From Okeania sp. (GTDB lineage: Bacteria > Cyanobacteriota > Cyanobacteriia > Cyanobacteriales > Microcoleaceae), in the NCBI RefSeq assembly GCF_035285525.1, contig NZ_JAYKGW010000018.1, positions 30,001-62,000 of the forward strand: DNA of 32,000 nt. Direction: 5' to 3'. A program made the position numbers and the translations under genes. Below are positions 1 to 7,043 of the stretch, one piece after another. Numbering within the stretch: the first letter of the stretch is position 1; each line of letters begins with the position of its first letter. The notes under the pieces were generated by a model that was not told where the DNA came from, searched no databases, and saw only the letters and a program-made list of their open reading frames with translations.

Positions 1-529
1 AATCAGAACAAACCACTGCATCCACCTTACCAACTTGTTGCTGAATCAACTCTGCTAACTGTGATTGTAAATCAACACCAGGCAAATCATCAGACTTGCG
101 ATCCACCCTAACTATTTGTTGAGTCACAGACTGGCGAGCATGACCAGAAATTCTAGTTTTAGTCACCGTCGGGCGGTCAGAATCAACTAAAATACCAGTA
201 GTATCAACACCAGCATCATCAAAAATCTGACGCAGCGCCATACCCTGTTCATCCTTTCCCACCAAACCAACAACCCGAACCTTAGCGCCCAACTTAGCAA
301 AATTATAAACGGCATTAGCACCACCCCCTGGTACTCGGTCTGTATTTTCGTGACGCAAAATTAATACAGGTGCTTCACGAGAAATGCGTTCGACTTGACC
401 AGTCATAAATTCATCCAGGGTTAAATCTCCGACCACTAAGACTTTAACTTGAGAAAAACCCTCCAGTAAATTCAGGAGTCGAGGGGTAGAACTTTTGAGT
501 AGAGCGATAAATTCTGAGTCTAATAGCAT
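1..529 (-). CDS. PfkB-family sugar kinase, HldE/RfaE domain-I-like (heptose-7-phosphate kinase-like); N-terminal part only, gene runs off the left edge
   Basis: Own minus-strand translation from the ATG at 527-529: MLLDSEFIALLKSSTPRLLNLLEGFSQVKVLVVGDLTLDEFMTGQVERISREAPVLILRHENTDRVPGGGANAVYNFAKLGAKVRVVGLVGKDEQGMALRQIFDDAGVDTTGILVDSDRPTVTKTRI... The VVGDxxLD, RISxEAPV and PGGxANV blocks match the HldE kinase domain as I remember it. Absent from the ORF track because there is no stop inside the window. Confidence 0.8.
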   Translation of the reverse strand, partial: MLLDSEFIALLKSSTPRLLNLLEGFSQVKVLVVGDLTLDEFMTGQVERISREAPVLILRHENTDRVPGGGANAVYNFAKLGAKVRVVGLVGKDEQGMALRQIFDDAGVDTTGILVDSDRPTVTKTRISGHARQSVTQQIVRVDRKSDDLPGVDLQSQLAELIQQQVGKVDAVVCSD

Positions 530-534
530 AATTG

Positions 535-573
535 AAGGAAGAAGGAAGAAGGAAGAGGGAAGAAGGAAGGAAG
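535..573. repeat. STRR-like tandem heptamers (GGAAGAA/GGAAGAG family)
   Basis: Read directly: gaaggaagaaggaagaaggaagagggaagaaggaaggaag. Begins 6 nt upstream of the kinase start codon. Confidence 0.85.
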
Positions 574-642
574 CCTAGTAGTAGTGTGACATCAAATCCG
601 GTAGTATCGGTATGATTCATTTCCCGTAGGGGTTGGGTCTCC

Positions 643-835
643 AATTTTTCGGGAACCGTACCCTCTACAAACTAGGAGTTTTCGCCAATACTTATAGTAT
701 AATCTTATTCTCCAAAGCAAGCGTTGATATGACACATCAATAAATAGTAGGGGCCACTTTTAGTGGAAATTTTCATGTTTACCTCAGTGGATTGTTTTAC
801 CTAAATAAAATAGTGCATTAGGCATCTCCAGAAAA
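643..835. repeat. Dispersed composite repeat, copy 1 (17-nt TTTTTCGGGAACCGT core followed by an AATAAATAGTAGGGGC... hairpin-type arm)
   Basis: Alignable by eye with 1051-1211. Both start with (G/A)ATTTTTCGGGAACCGT and, about 80 nt later, contain CAATAAATAGTAGGGGC...TTTTAGT(T/G)GAAA. Confidence 0.55.
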
Positions 836-894
836 GAGGTATGGGGGCAATAGGAAGAAGGAATTTTTTGGAGATGTCTATTAGCTTTTTTCTT

Positions 895-918
895 CACCCC
901 ATCACCCCATCACCCCAT
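895..918. repeat. Tandem octamer CACCCCAT x3
   Basis: Read directly: caccccatcaccccatcaccccat. Confidence 0.85.
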
Positions 919-1050
919 GACTTCATTTTCTAATCCAACATTTAAGATGAAATTGTCTACCACATTTTTAGGTGTGTTAGTCTAGTAGTTACATACAGCA
1001 TATTTCGGACAAATGAGATTACAGGATAAATGGTGAAAGTATTGTAGTGC

Positions 1051-1211
1051 GATTTTTCGGGAACCGTGCATCTTGCCCGTATGGGGGTGTACCTCACCAG
1101 CAGCGGAAAGGGCTGTAACACATCTAAAATAGTCCAATAAATAGTAGGGGCGGATTTTTAGTTGAAAGTTCAATGCTCAACCTAAATTTAAGTAAACCCG
1201 CCCTAATGCAC
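1051..1211. repeat. Dispersed composite repeat, copy 2 (GATTTTTCGGGAACCGT core plus GTAGGGGCGG...AAACCCGCCCTA hairpin)
   Basis: gatttttcgggaaccgtgca at 1051-1070. aataaatagtaggggcggatttttagttgaaagttcaatg...gtaaacccgccctaatgcac at 1136-1211. The arms GTAGGGGCGG / CCCGCCCTA are inverted repeats. Confidence 0.6.
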
Positions 1212-1377
1212 AAAATTAGCTTTGTCAAAAAAATAATTGAGTCCTGCCACCCCACCTTGATTGCACAGCATTCCCTATGGGAATCGGCGAAACGTTTTTA
1301 GAGCTTTGCTCAAATCCCCGTTACAAAAACAACTCCTCACTTCTGACTTCTGACTTCATTAACAGTCTACTACTGGA

Positions 1378-1938
1378 CTACTTTTTCAACTTTTTGACAA
1401 TAGTCACAACTTGAGCCATTTGTTTTTTCAATCCAGCAATTTCAGCTTCCATTTTCTTAACTTGAGCTTCCAATTCCTGAATTTTACCAGAACCATCTCC
1501 CGCTTCTGCTACATTATTTGAAGTATCCTCCGTAGGCCGTTGTTTGGATAACTTAAAGGCTAATTGAATAGCTGCTGTTAATTCTTTTTGCTCAAAAGGC
1601 TTCTCTAGAAAAGCAAAATAATGTTTCTCAAAAGGTTCAGGAATTTTTTCTGCTACCTCTTCCTTACGACCAGACATAAGGACTAGAGGAATCTTTTTTA
1701 ATTGAGGTTGGGATTGAATTTTTTGAAATACCTGCCAACCAGTTACTTTAGGCAGCAGAAAATCCAACATAATTAAGTTAGGACGTTCCTTTACAATAAA
1801 TTTGAGTCCTTCTTGGCCATCTTTTGCTTCTAGAACATTAAAGTTTCCTTGAGGAAGCATTTCCTTAACTCTAACTCTAATAACTTTACTATCATCAATA
1901 ACTAAAATTTTGTGTCCTGCCACAGCTTGCCCCTCCAA
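1378..1938 (-). CDS. CheY-like response regulator receiver domain with C-terminal coiled-coil tail, no recognisable output domain
   Basis: KILVIDDS...NLIMLDFLLP...IPLVLMSGRKEE fits the receiver-domain pattern (acidic pocket, phospho-acceptor D, conserved S/T and K). The tail ELEAQVKKMEAEIAGLKKQMAQV is heptad-like. The track start at 1938 is TTG. A GTG at 1921-1923 lies 8 nt after a GGAGG and may be the true start. Confidence 0.85.
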   Translation of the reverse strand: MEGQAVAGHKILVIDDSKVIRVRVKEMLPQGNFNVLEAKDGQEGLKFIVKERPNLIMLDFLLPKVTGWQVFQKIQSQPQLKKIPLVLMSGRKEEVAEKIPEPFEKHYFAFLEKPFEQKELTAAIQLAFKLSKQRPTEDTSNNVAEAGDGSGKIQELEAQVKKMEAEIAGLKKQMAQVVTIVKKLKK

Positions 1939-1986
1939 TGATGAGTTAATATTTTCAAATTAATTTTATCTATAATGCTTATAGTT

Positions 1987-2088
1987 AGGACTTACGCGGA
2001 AACTGGGTTTATCAACGAAATTTTTTCATCTCAAGAGAATAATTTAAACTAATACACCCTGTTTCTTGGTTAGTTGGCGTAAGTTCTT
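1987..2088. mobile_element. MITE-like hairpin element, family E (TIR AGGACTTACGC..GAAAC.GGGTT)
   Basis: Left end aggacttacgcggaaactgggttt; right end ccctgtttcttggttagttggcgtaagttct (imperfect inverted repeat). Flanked by the direct repeat CTTATAGTTA at 1978-1987 and 2086-2095 (overlapping the ends by 1-3 nt), consistent with a target-site duplication. Confidence 0.65.
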
Positions 2089-2514
2089 ATAGTTAGCCAT
2101 CAGTATAACTAAATCTTGGCTTTAATATTAACCAATATTGATCAATATCCACCGACTCTAAATTAAAGAAACTTACAATTAGTTTTTCATCATATCCTTG
2201 CTTTCAGACCTTCTTTAATTTTATAGATAGATAAATATTGCACTTCTGGCATTAATATGTTATTTTACTATGACTTATGATATATGCTCTAGCTATATCT
2301 AAGCGAGCTATCTAAATTAACAAGTGATTATAGTGGACTGACCCATCTAAAATGGTACATACAATAACTAGCAATAACTAGGGGTGGGTTATAGTGTAAT
2401 TTATGATTTTGACCATCAGATGAAATAAATCCACTCCAAAATCCCACCTAATTATTTTAGTTGAAATAGTCCAGTAGATTCACTGTAAAACCTAAAAAAG
2501 GTTAAGAGCTTTAC

Positions 2515-2690
2515 CAAAAAATCAAGGTCTAAACCTTCTCCATTTTATGGAGAAAAAGCGGTTTTTATGAAAGGTTCCCAAAGGGTGGGATGTTGAGAAA
2601 ATGCCCTCTTGCACAGCCACTCCGCAAGTACGGAATATCCAATCGACCAAGAAAAGAAGAAAAATTCCTTTTAGTCAATCCTCTTTGTTT
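2515..2690. repeat. Dispersed repeat, family F (short hairpin + AAAAAGCGGT + TTCCCRAAGGGTGRGAT core)
   Basis: ccttctccattttatggagaaaaagcggtttttatgaaaggttcccaaagggtgggatgttgag is alignable with 24728-24790: cctcccttttaaaagggaaaaagcggtcgtcagtgcagtttcccgaagggtgagattgatg. Confidence 0.5.
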
Positions 2691-2701
2691 ATAATAATAG
2701 C

Positions 2702-2744
2702 TAATTATTAATTGTTAATTGTTAATTATTAATTATTAATTATT
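2702..2744. repeat. Tandem heptamers TAATTAT/TAATTGT (about 6 units)
   Basis: Read directly: taattattaattgttaattgttaattattaattattaattatt. Confidence 0.85.
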
Positions 2745-2829
2745 GAAAGTATGGATACCCCATAAGCAAAAAACCTAATTTGTGAGGTTTAGTAATCCCT
2801 TATTTTCGTAACTTCACAAAGTCTGAAAA

Positions 2830-3771
2830 ATGTCAAGGCTACAAAAAAATAGTCAATCAAAAAAGATGAAATCTCAAATTCAGAGTATGCCAAAGTGGCT
2901 GCGACCTTCTTTGGGAAAAGCTAGTGAAATTTCTACTGTCCAGAAAATTATCAAGCAGCGTCAACTTCATACAATCTGTGAAGAAGGTCGGTGCCCAAAT
3001 AGAGGTGAGTGTTATGCCCAGAAGACTGCTACTTTTTTATTGATGGGTCCTGTTTGTACCAGGTCTTGTGCGTTTTGTCAAGTGGATAAGGGTCACGCTC
3101 CAATGCCCTTAGACCCAAAGGAACCAGAAAAAGTAGCTGAAGCTGTAGAAATGTTGGGTTTGGAATATGTGGTACTAACTTCTGTGGCTAGGGATGATTT
3201 ACCAGATGGTGGTGCTAGTTGGTTTGTCGCGACTATGAGGGCCATTAGAGAGCGGAACTCAAAGGCAAAAATAGAAGTCCTAACTGCTGATTTTTGGGGG
3301 GGTAAAGATGGAGTGGGTATTGATATGTCTGTTTCTCTCGCTGAACGGCAAAAAAGACGGATTCAGATTGTAGTAAATGCTGAACCTGCTTGTTATAACC
3401 ATAATATTGAAACGGTCTCTAGATTGCAAGGCCCGGTTCGCCGTGGAGCCAAATATGAGCGATCGCTGGATGTATTAAGAGTTGTAAAGGAATTAAACCC
3501 TAGTATTCCCACTAAGTCTGGTTTAATGTTGGGACATGGAGAAACAGAAACTGAAGTAATAGAAGCAATGGGAGATTTGAGAAAAGTGGGATGCGATCGC
3601 CTAACTCTAGGTCAGTATATGCGACCTTCCCTAGCACATTTACCAGTGCAAAAATATTGGACACCAGAAGAGTTTGACCAACTTGGGGCGATCGCTAAAC
3701 AAATGGGCTTTTCTCATGTTCGTTCAGGTCCCTTAGTTCGTAGTTCTTATCATGCTGGAAATAGGGAGTAG
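2830..3771 (+). CDS. lipA: Lipoyl synthase (radical SAM)
   Basis: Auxiliary cluster motif [12 protein letters not shown] (CX4CX5C), radical-SAM motif CTRSCAFC (CX3CX2C), C-terminal RSSYHA motif. The true start may be the internal Met of MPKWLRP (about 2887). The last codons (R-E-stop) are encoded by the downstream STRR array. Confidence 0.93.
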   Translation: MSRLQKNSQSKKMKSQIQSMPKWLRPSLGKASEISTVQKIIKQRQLHTICEEGRCPNRGECYAQKTATFLLMGPVCTRSCAFCQVDKGHAPMPLDPKEPEKVAEAVEMLGLEYVVLTSVARDDLPDGGASWFVATMRAIRERNSKAKIEVLTADFWGGKDGVGIDMSVSLAERQKRRIQIVVNAEPACYNHNIETVSRLQGPVRRGAKYERSLDVLRVVKELNPSIPTKSGLMLGHGETETEVIEAMGDLRKVGCDRLTLGQYMRPSLAHLPVQKYWTPEEFDQLGAIAKQMGFSHVRSGPLVRSSYHAGNRE

Positions 3772-3826
3772 GGAAATAGGGAAATGGGGGAGTAGGGGAG
3801 TAGGGGAGTAGGGGAGTAGGGGAGTA
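3764..3826. repeat. STRR-like array GGGAGTA / GGGGAGTA (7- and 8-mers)
   Basis: gggagtagggaaatagggaaatgggggagtaggggagtaggggagtaggggagtaggggagta. Overlaps the lipA stop codon at 3769-3771. Confidence 0.9.
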
Positions 3827-3990
3827 ATTTTTTTTGCCCAACGATGAGCCGAAAATGGTAAATTTTTGATTTTTCGGGAACCGTGCATGGTTGAGCTGAT
3901 TTTTCGGGAACCGTAAACCAGGTACTTTTTCCCACATAAAAAGGCTAAAACCTTTATTCTTAAATACTTTCAGGTTTAATCAGCTAGCCC
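3827..3990. mobile_element. Family C MITE-like element, STRR-proximal to right-terminal part; carries two copies of the 17-nt GATTTTTCGGGAACCGT unit (3868-3884, 3898-3914)
   Basis: Right end ...ctttcaggtttaatcagctagccc followed by TA, like 6472, 15096, 18913, 19485 and 22743. The interior (ttttttgcccaac..., gtactttttcc.a.a.aaaaag) is alignable with 18770-18913 and 22640-22743. Confidence 0.6.
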
Positions 3991-3994
3991 TAAT

Positions 3995-4016
3995 AATGAA
4001 TAATTAATTATTCATT
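3995..4016. other. 22-nt perfect AT-rich palindrome between convergent lipA and ORF 4031-4456
   Basis: aatgaataattaattattcatt equals its own reverse complement. Related sequence recurs at about 24872 and 28630. Confidence 0.6.
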
Positions 4017-4030
4017 ATTCATTATTAAAC

Positions 4031-4456
4031 CTATCCACAAGACATACATTGCCATTCATCTTTTAACAAAGACAATAACTTTTCGTCTCCTCTTGCCTTA
4101 GCTAATAAATATTGGCGTTCCAAAATATTACACAAATTTATCTTGTCAACCTGAGCTGTATTATTTTTGGCTTCAACGTGCTGTTGTATCGCTGCTTGAA
4201 CAATCAAAGTATTTTGTCCTTCCTTGCTTAAAGGTTCCTTCATACTACAAACCGTCTTTTGAGGAGGATGTCCATGTCTGGGTATATGTCTAGGGTAAGG
4301 ATAGTTCCAACCTTGACCTCTATTTTGTCCTCTGTATTTCTCCACATCTTCCCCAGGCATAATATTAATAGTGGGGAGGTCTTCTTGATTATTTGAAAAA
4401 CTATTATTTATTTTTAGTTTCATATTCTCATATCCTTTTGTGATCTCAGTTATCAA
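4031..4456 (-). CDS. Hypothetical protein (orphan), 141 aa
   Basis: ORF only. I recognise no family. Has a His/Pro/Gly/aromatic-rich middle (GQNRGQGWNYPYPRHIPRHGHPPQ), a predicted helical C-terminal half and a CMSCG terminus. An alternative start at MKLKINN is preceded by AAGGA. Confidence 0.4.
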   Translation of the reverse strand: MITEITKGYENMKLKINNSFSNNQEDLPTINIMPGEDVEKYRGQNRGQGWNYPYPRHIPRHGHPPQKTVCSMKEPLSKEGQNTLIVQAAIQQHVEAKNNTAQVDKINLCNILERQYLLAKARGDEKLLSLLKDEWQCMSCG

Positions 4457-4698
4457 TTATTGGTTTGCTACACATAACGAAAAGCCTCTGGATTTTTAAT
4501 TCTGTTAACAGTATCTCCGGTTGAGGCTAGAAGCATTAAATTCTATTTTTATTTCTGTATTTATTTTTACATTTTCCTAAGAAATATTCATATTTTTGAC
4601 AAAATTTTACATAAGTTAGTTTTTATACTTTTTATTCTCTATCTATTCATGGACTTCTGATTAATTTCTGAGAAAAAAAATTAGCTTACTTTTGTAAG

Positions 4699-4728
4699 TT
4701 GACAAAATAGCCAAGCATTATTTAATAT
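4699..4728 (+). promoter_or_regulatory. Candidate sigma70-type promoter for ORF 4795-5268
   Basis: TTGACA at 4699-4704, 18-nt spacer, TAATAT at 4723-4728, about 65 nt upstream of the ATG. Background is very AT-rich, so the false-positive risk is high. Confidence 0.3.
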
Positions 4729-4794
4729 AGAAATATATAAAAATAGATCAAAAACTAAGGCCACAATAATATATTTAATATAAGGGTATATTTT

Positions 4795-5268
4795 ATGAAA
4801 AAAACTATGGCGAATAAATATACTGATAGTCATCCTTTGCGTAGATTTGTAACTAGAGAGGCATTATCATTTCATTTAGGAATTAAATCAGAGCATATTT
4901 ATAAAATTAGCTGTTGGAAATATGTAATTCATGTTGTCTGCAAAGGAAAAAGTACATTTGTTAGTTATGCTGATATGCCACCTATTTTAGGAGTAGAACC
5001 ACCAAGACAAGGTGATTTTGCTAAATGGCGAAAGCGAATAAAAACTAGAAAACAAAAGTATGTACCTAAATTTTGGGCACAGTTTTATGTCAAAAAAATA
5101 GAAGATTCTAATTCCATACAAACACTACTAAATTGGCAGAGTTTAGTTAGTCAATGTAGGTCACTAATCTCATTAGAAGGAGTAAAAAAAATTGACCAAG
5201 CTGTAGCGGAAAGAAAACTAAAATTAGAGGGACTTCAGGACTTTAAGTATAAAAAAAAACAGAAGTAA
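4795..5268 (+). CDS. Hypothetical Lys-rich protein (orphan), 157 aa
   Basis: ORF with AAGGG 9 nt upstream of the ATG. No recognisable family. Lies in the lowest-GC part of the window. Confidence 0.4.
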   Translation: MKKTMANKYTDSHPLRRFVTREALSFHLGIKSEHIYKISCWKYVIHVVCKGKSTFVSYADMPPILGVEPPRQGDFAKWRKRIKTRKQKYVPKFWAQFYVKKIEDSNSIQTLLNWQSLVSQCRSLISLEGVKKIDQAVAERKLKLEGLQDFKYKKKQK

Positions 5269-5633
5269 AAAATATTATTCGCTATCCTACTTGGGAAAAT
5301 TGACAATTTAGTTATCAATGACAGCGGATTCCACCAGACGTGAGGTATACCCATCGCGGGCAAGATACCTAGAAACATTTAATTCTGAATAATTGAGCTT
5401 TACTTTTTACTTCACACCGTAATCAGCCTATAATAACTGGACTTGGTATAACTTCTAACTTCTAAATTTTGACTTCTACGGTTGAAGAACTGATTTATTG
5501 GTCAATGGCAAAAATTTCACTCCTGGCTAACTTTTGACTTCTGAATTTTGAATTTTGACTTAAACTCCCCATATTAACCAAATTGCCTCAAAATGTAGAA
5601 TTATAAATGTAGTGAAGGAATAAGGAGTAGACC

Positions 5634-6110
5634 ATGCGAATATTACATACTATGCTGAGAGTCAACAACTTAGAAGAATCTCTGAAATTCTACTGTGATG
5701 TCCTCGGCATGAAACTAATACGCCAAAAAGAGTATCCTGATGGCAAATTTACTTTGGCTTTCGTTGGTTATGGCAATGAATCAGACAATGCAGTATTAGA
5801 ACTAACCTATAACTGGGGTGTCGATAAATATGATTTGGGCGATGCTTATGGCCATATTGCTTTGGGTGTTGATGATATCTATAGCGCTTGTGAAAAAATC
5901 AAAGCCAAAGGAGGAAAGGTTACTAGAGAACCAGGACCAATGAAACATGGTTCTACAGTTATTGCTTTTGTGGAAGACCCAAATGGATATAAAGTAGAAC
6001 TAATAGAGAAAAAATGTGGAGACCCAAATGGATATAAAGTAGAACTAATAGAGAAAAAATATACTGAAAAATCTACCATAGAAACTCCGCCTATGTCCGC
6101 GCCTTTCTAG
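5634..6110 (+). CDS. gloA: Lactoylglutathione lyase (glyoxalase I), with internal C-terminal tandem duplication
   Basis: [20 protein letters not shown]...LELTYNWG...[10 protein letters not shown]...[33 protein letters not shown] is the classic single-chain GloA pattern. AGGAGTAG lies just upstream of the ATG. Confidence 0.9.
   Translation: MRILHTMLRVNNLEESLKFYCDVLGMKLIRQKEYPDGKFTLAFVGYGNESDNAVLELTYNWGVDKYDLGDAYGHIALGVDDIYSACEKIKAKGGKVTREPGPMKHGSTVIAFVEDPNGYKVELIEKKCGDPNGYKVELIEKKYTEKSTIETPPMSAPF
5976..6060 (+). repeat. In-frame 45-bp tandem duplication inside gloA
   Basis: gacccaaatggatataaagtagaactaatagagaaaaaat occurs at 5976-6015 and again at 6021-6060 (40/40 identical, period 45). Encodes [13 protein letters not shown] twice. 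Confidence 0.95.
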
Positions 6111-6190
6111 TATTATTTGCATCAATATTGAAACCCTTTTTATGATAGGGAAATGCGGAGCAAAATGAAGGAAAAGGCTATATTACGCCT

Positions 6191-6472
6191 GGCTGAAAAA
6201 GTCTTTTTCAGAGGTAAAGAAGTTAGGGATTCAACAATTAATAATTAATAATGACCTTTTCTTCTTATAAAAAAGAAGAGGGTTAGCTGAAAAGATGTTT
6301 TTTGTTTATTTATCGATACTTGGAGACGTTTTATACCTTGATTTTTTGCCCTTGTCTAACCACAAGACTAAACTTTTGGAGTATTGTTATACAGAAAACA
6401 AGCGCAGTTTTTTATAACCTAAAAAGGCTAGAATATTTATGATTAAAAGTTTGAAATTTAATCAGCTAGCCC
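6191..6472. mobile_element. Family C MITE-like element(s), degenerate or nested
   Basis: Left-type ends ggctgaaaaagtc (6191) and gggttagctgaaaagatg (about 6281). Right end tttaatcagctagccc + TA at 6472-6474. Confidence 0.45.
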
Positions 6473-7043
6473 TAGTTAGAGGTTGTTTTCTCATACATAA
6501 AGTATCGCTTTTAGGAAAAGAGAATTACACTATTAATTATCTATTGATGAAATAGGGTTTACTGATTAAGTCTAAAAGAATTGAGAGATAAAGGTAAGTT
6601 TTTTTAGTATTGAAAAAATACTAGGTTTTCGGTGAAAGCGAGCTGAAAAAGTAAGTATTTTTTTGGGGTTAAACAATGTATGAAAATTACTTTGACTATT
6701 TTTCTAACTAAAAAAAATCAGGTCTCTTGCTCTTTCCAGGGGAAGAAAAAAAAACTTCAGTATTTCTAGCTTCTGGACACATTTGTCAGCTACTATTAGC
6801 GCAGTTCCTCCCTGGGAGTCTAACTGACAACTAAAATAACCACTTCCTCAATAACTCCCCTAAATCCTAACTCCTAACTACTCCCTAGTATTATAACTTA
6901 TTTAATTAGTATTAATATTTGCATAAAGTGTAAGTAAAAAGTAGTAAGCTAATTCTACAAAACTATTAATATTATCCCAAATTATTTCTAAGTGCTATAC
7001 AAAACAATATAGAAATAGAAAGAAAAATTTTAGAATAGTTCAA

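Noticed and set aside
444-1173. Track ORFs 444-644 and 982-1173 (minus)
   Set aside because: The first overlaps the kinase 5' end out of frame and reads through the GGAAGAA STRR. The second lies within dispersed repeat copy 2. Neither shows family features.
3695-3937. Track ORFs 3695-3937 and 3750-3935 (minus) with PYSPTP-type repeats
   Set aside because: They are translations of the stop-free strand of the GGGGAGTA array and of the 17-nt FPKNQ unit. They are repeat artefacts that overlap the lipA 3' end.
4031-4456. C-terminal CMSCG motif as evidence for a lanthipeptide- or cyanobactin-type precursor
   Set aside because: It is a single short motif in a 141-aa protein, with no adjacent processing or modification genes and no recognisable leader or recognition sequences.
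4596-4629. TTGACA (4596-4601) with TATACT (4624-4629) as a promoter
   Set aside because: The spacer is 22 nt, too long for a sigma70-type promoter. The 4699/4723 pair with an 18-nt spacer is the better, though still weak, candidate.
5330-5385. GC-richer patch (gcggattccaccagacgtgaggtatacccatcgcgggcaagatacc) as a possible tRNA or ncRNA fragment
   Set aside because: I could not fold it into a cloverleaf. There are no T-loop (GTTCRANYC) or anticodon-arm features, only a 5-bp stem. No tRNA-like or rRNA-like sequence was found anywhere else in the window.
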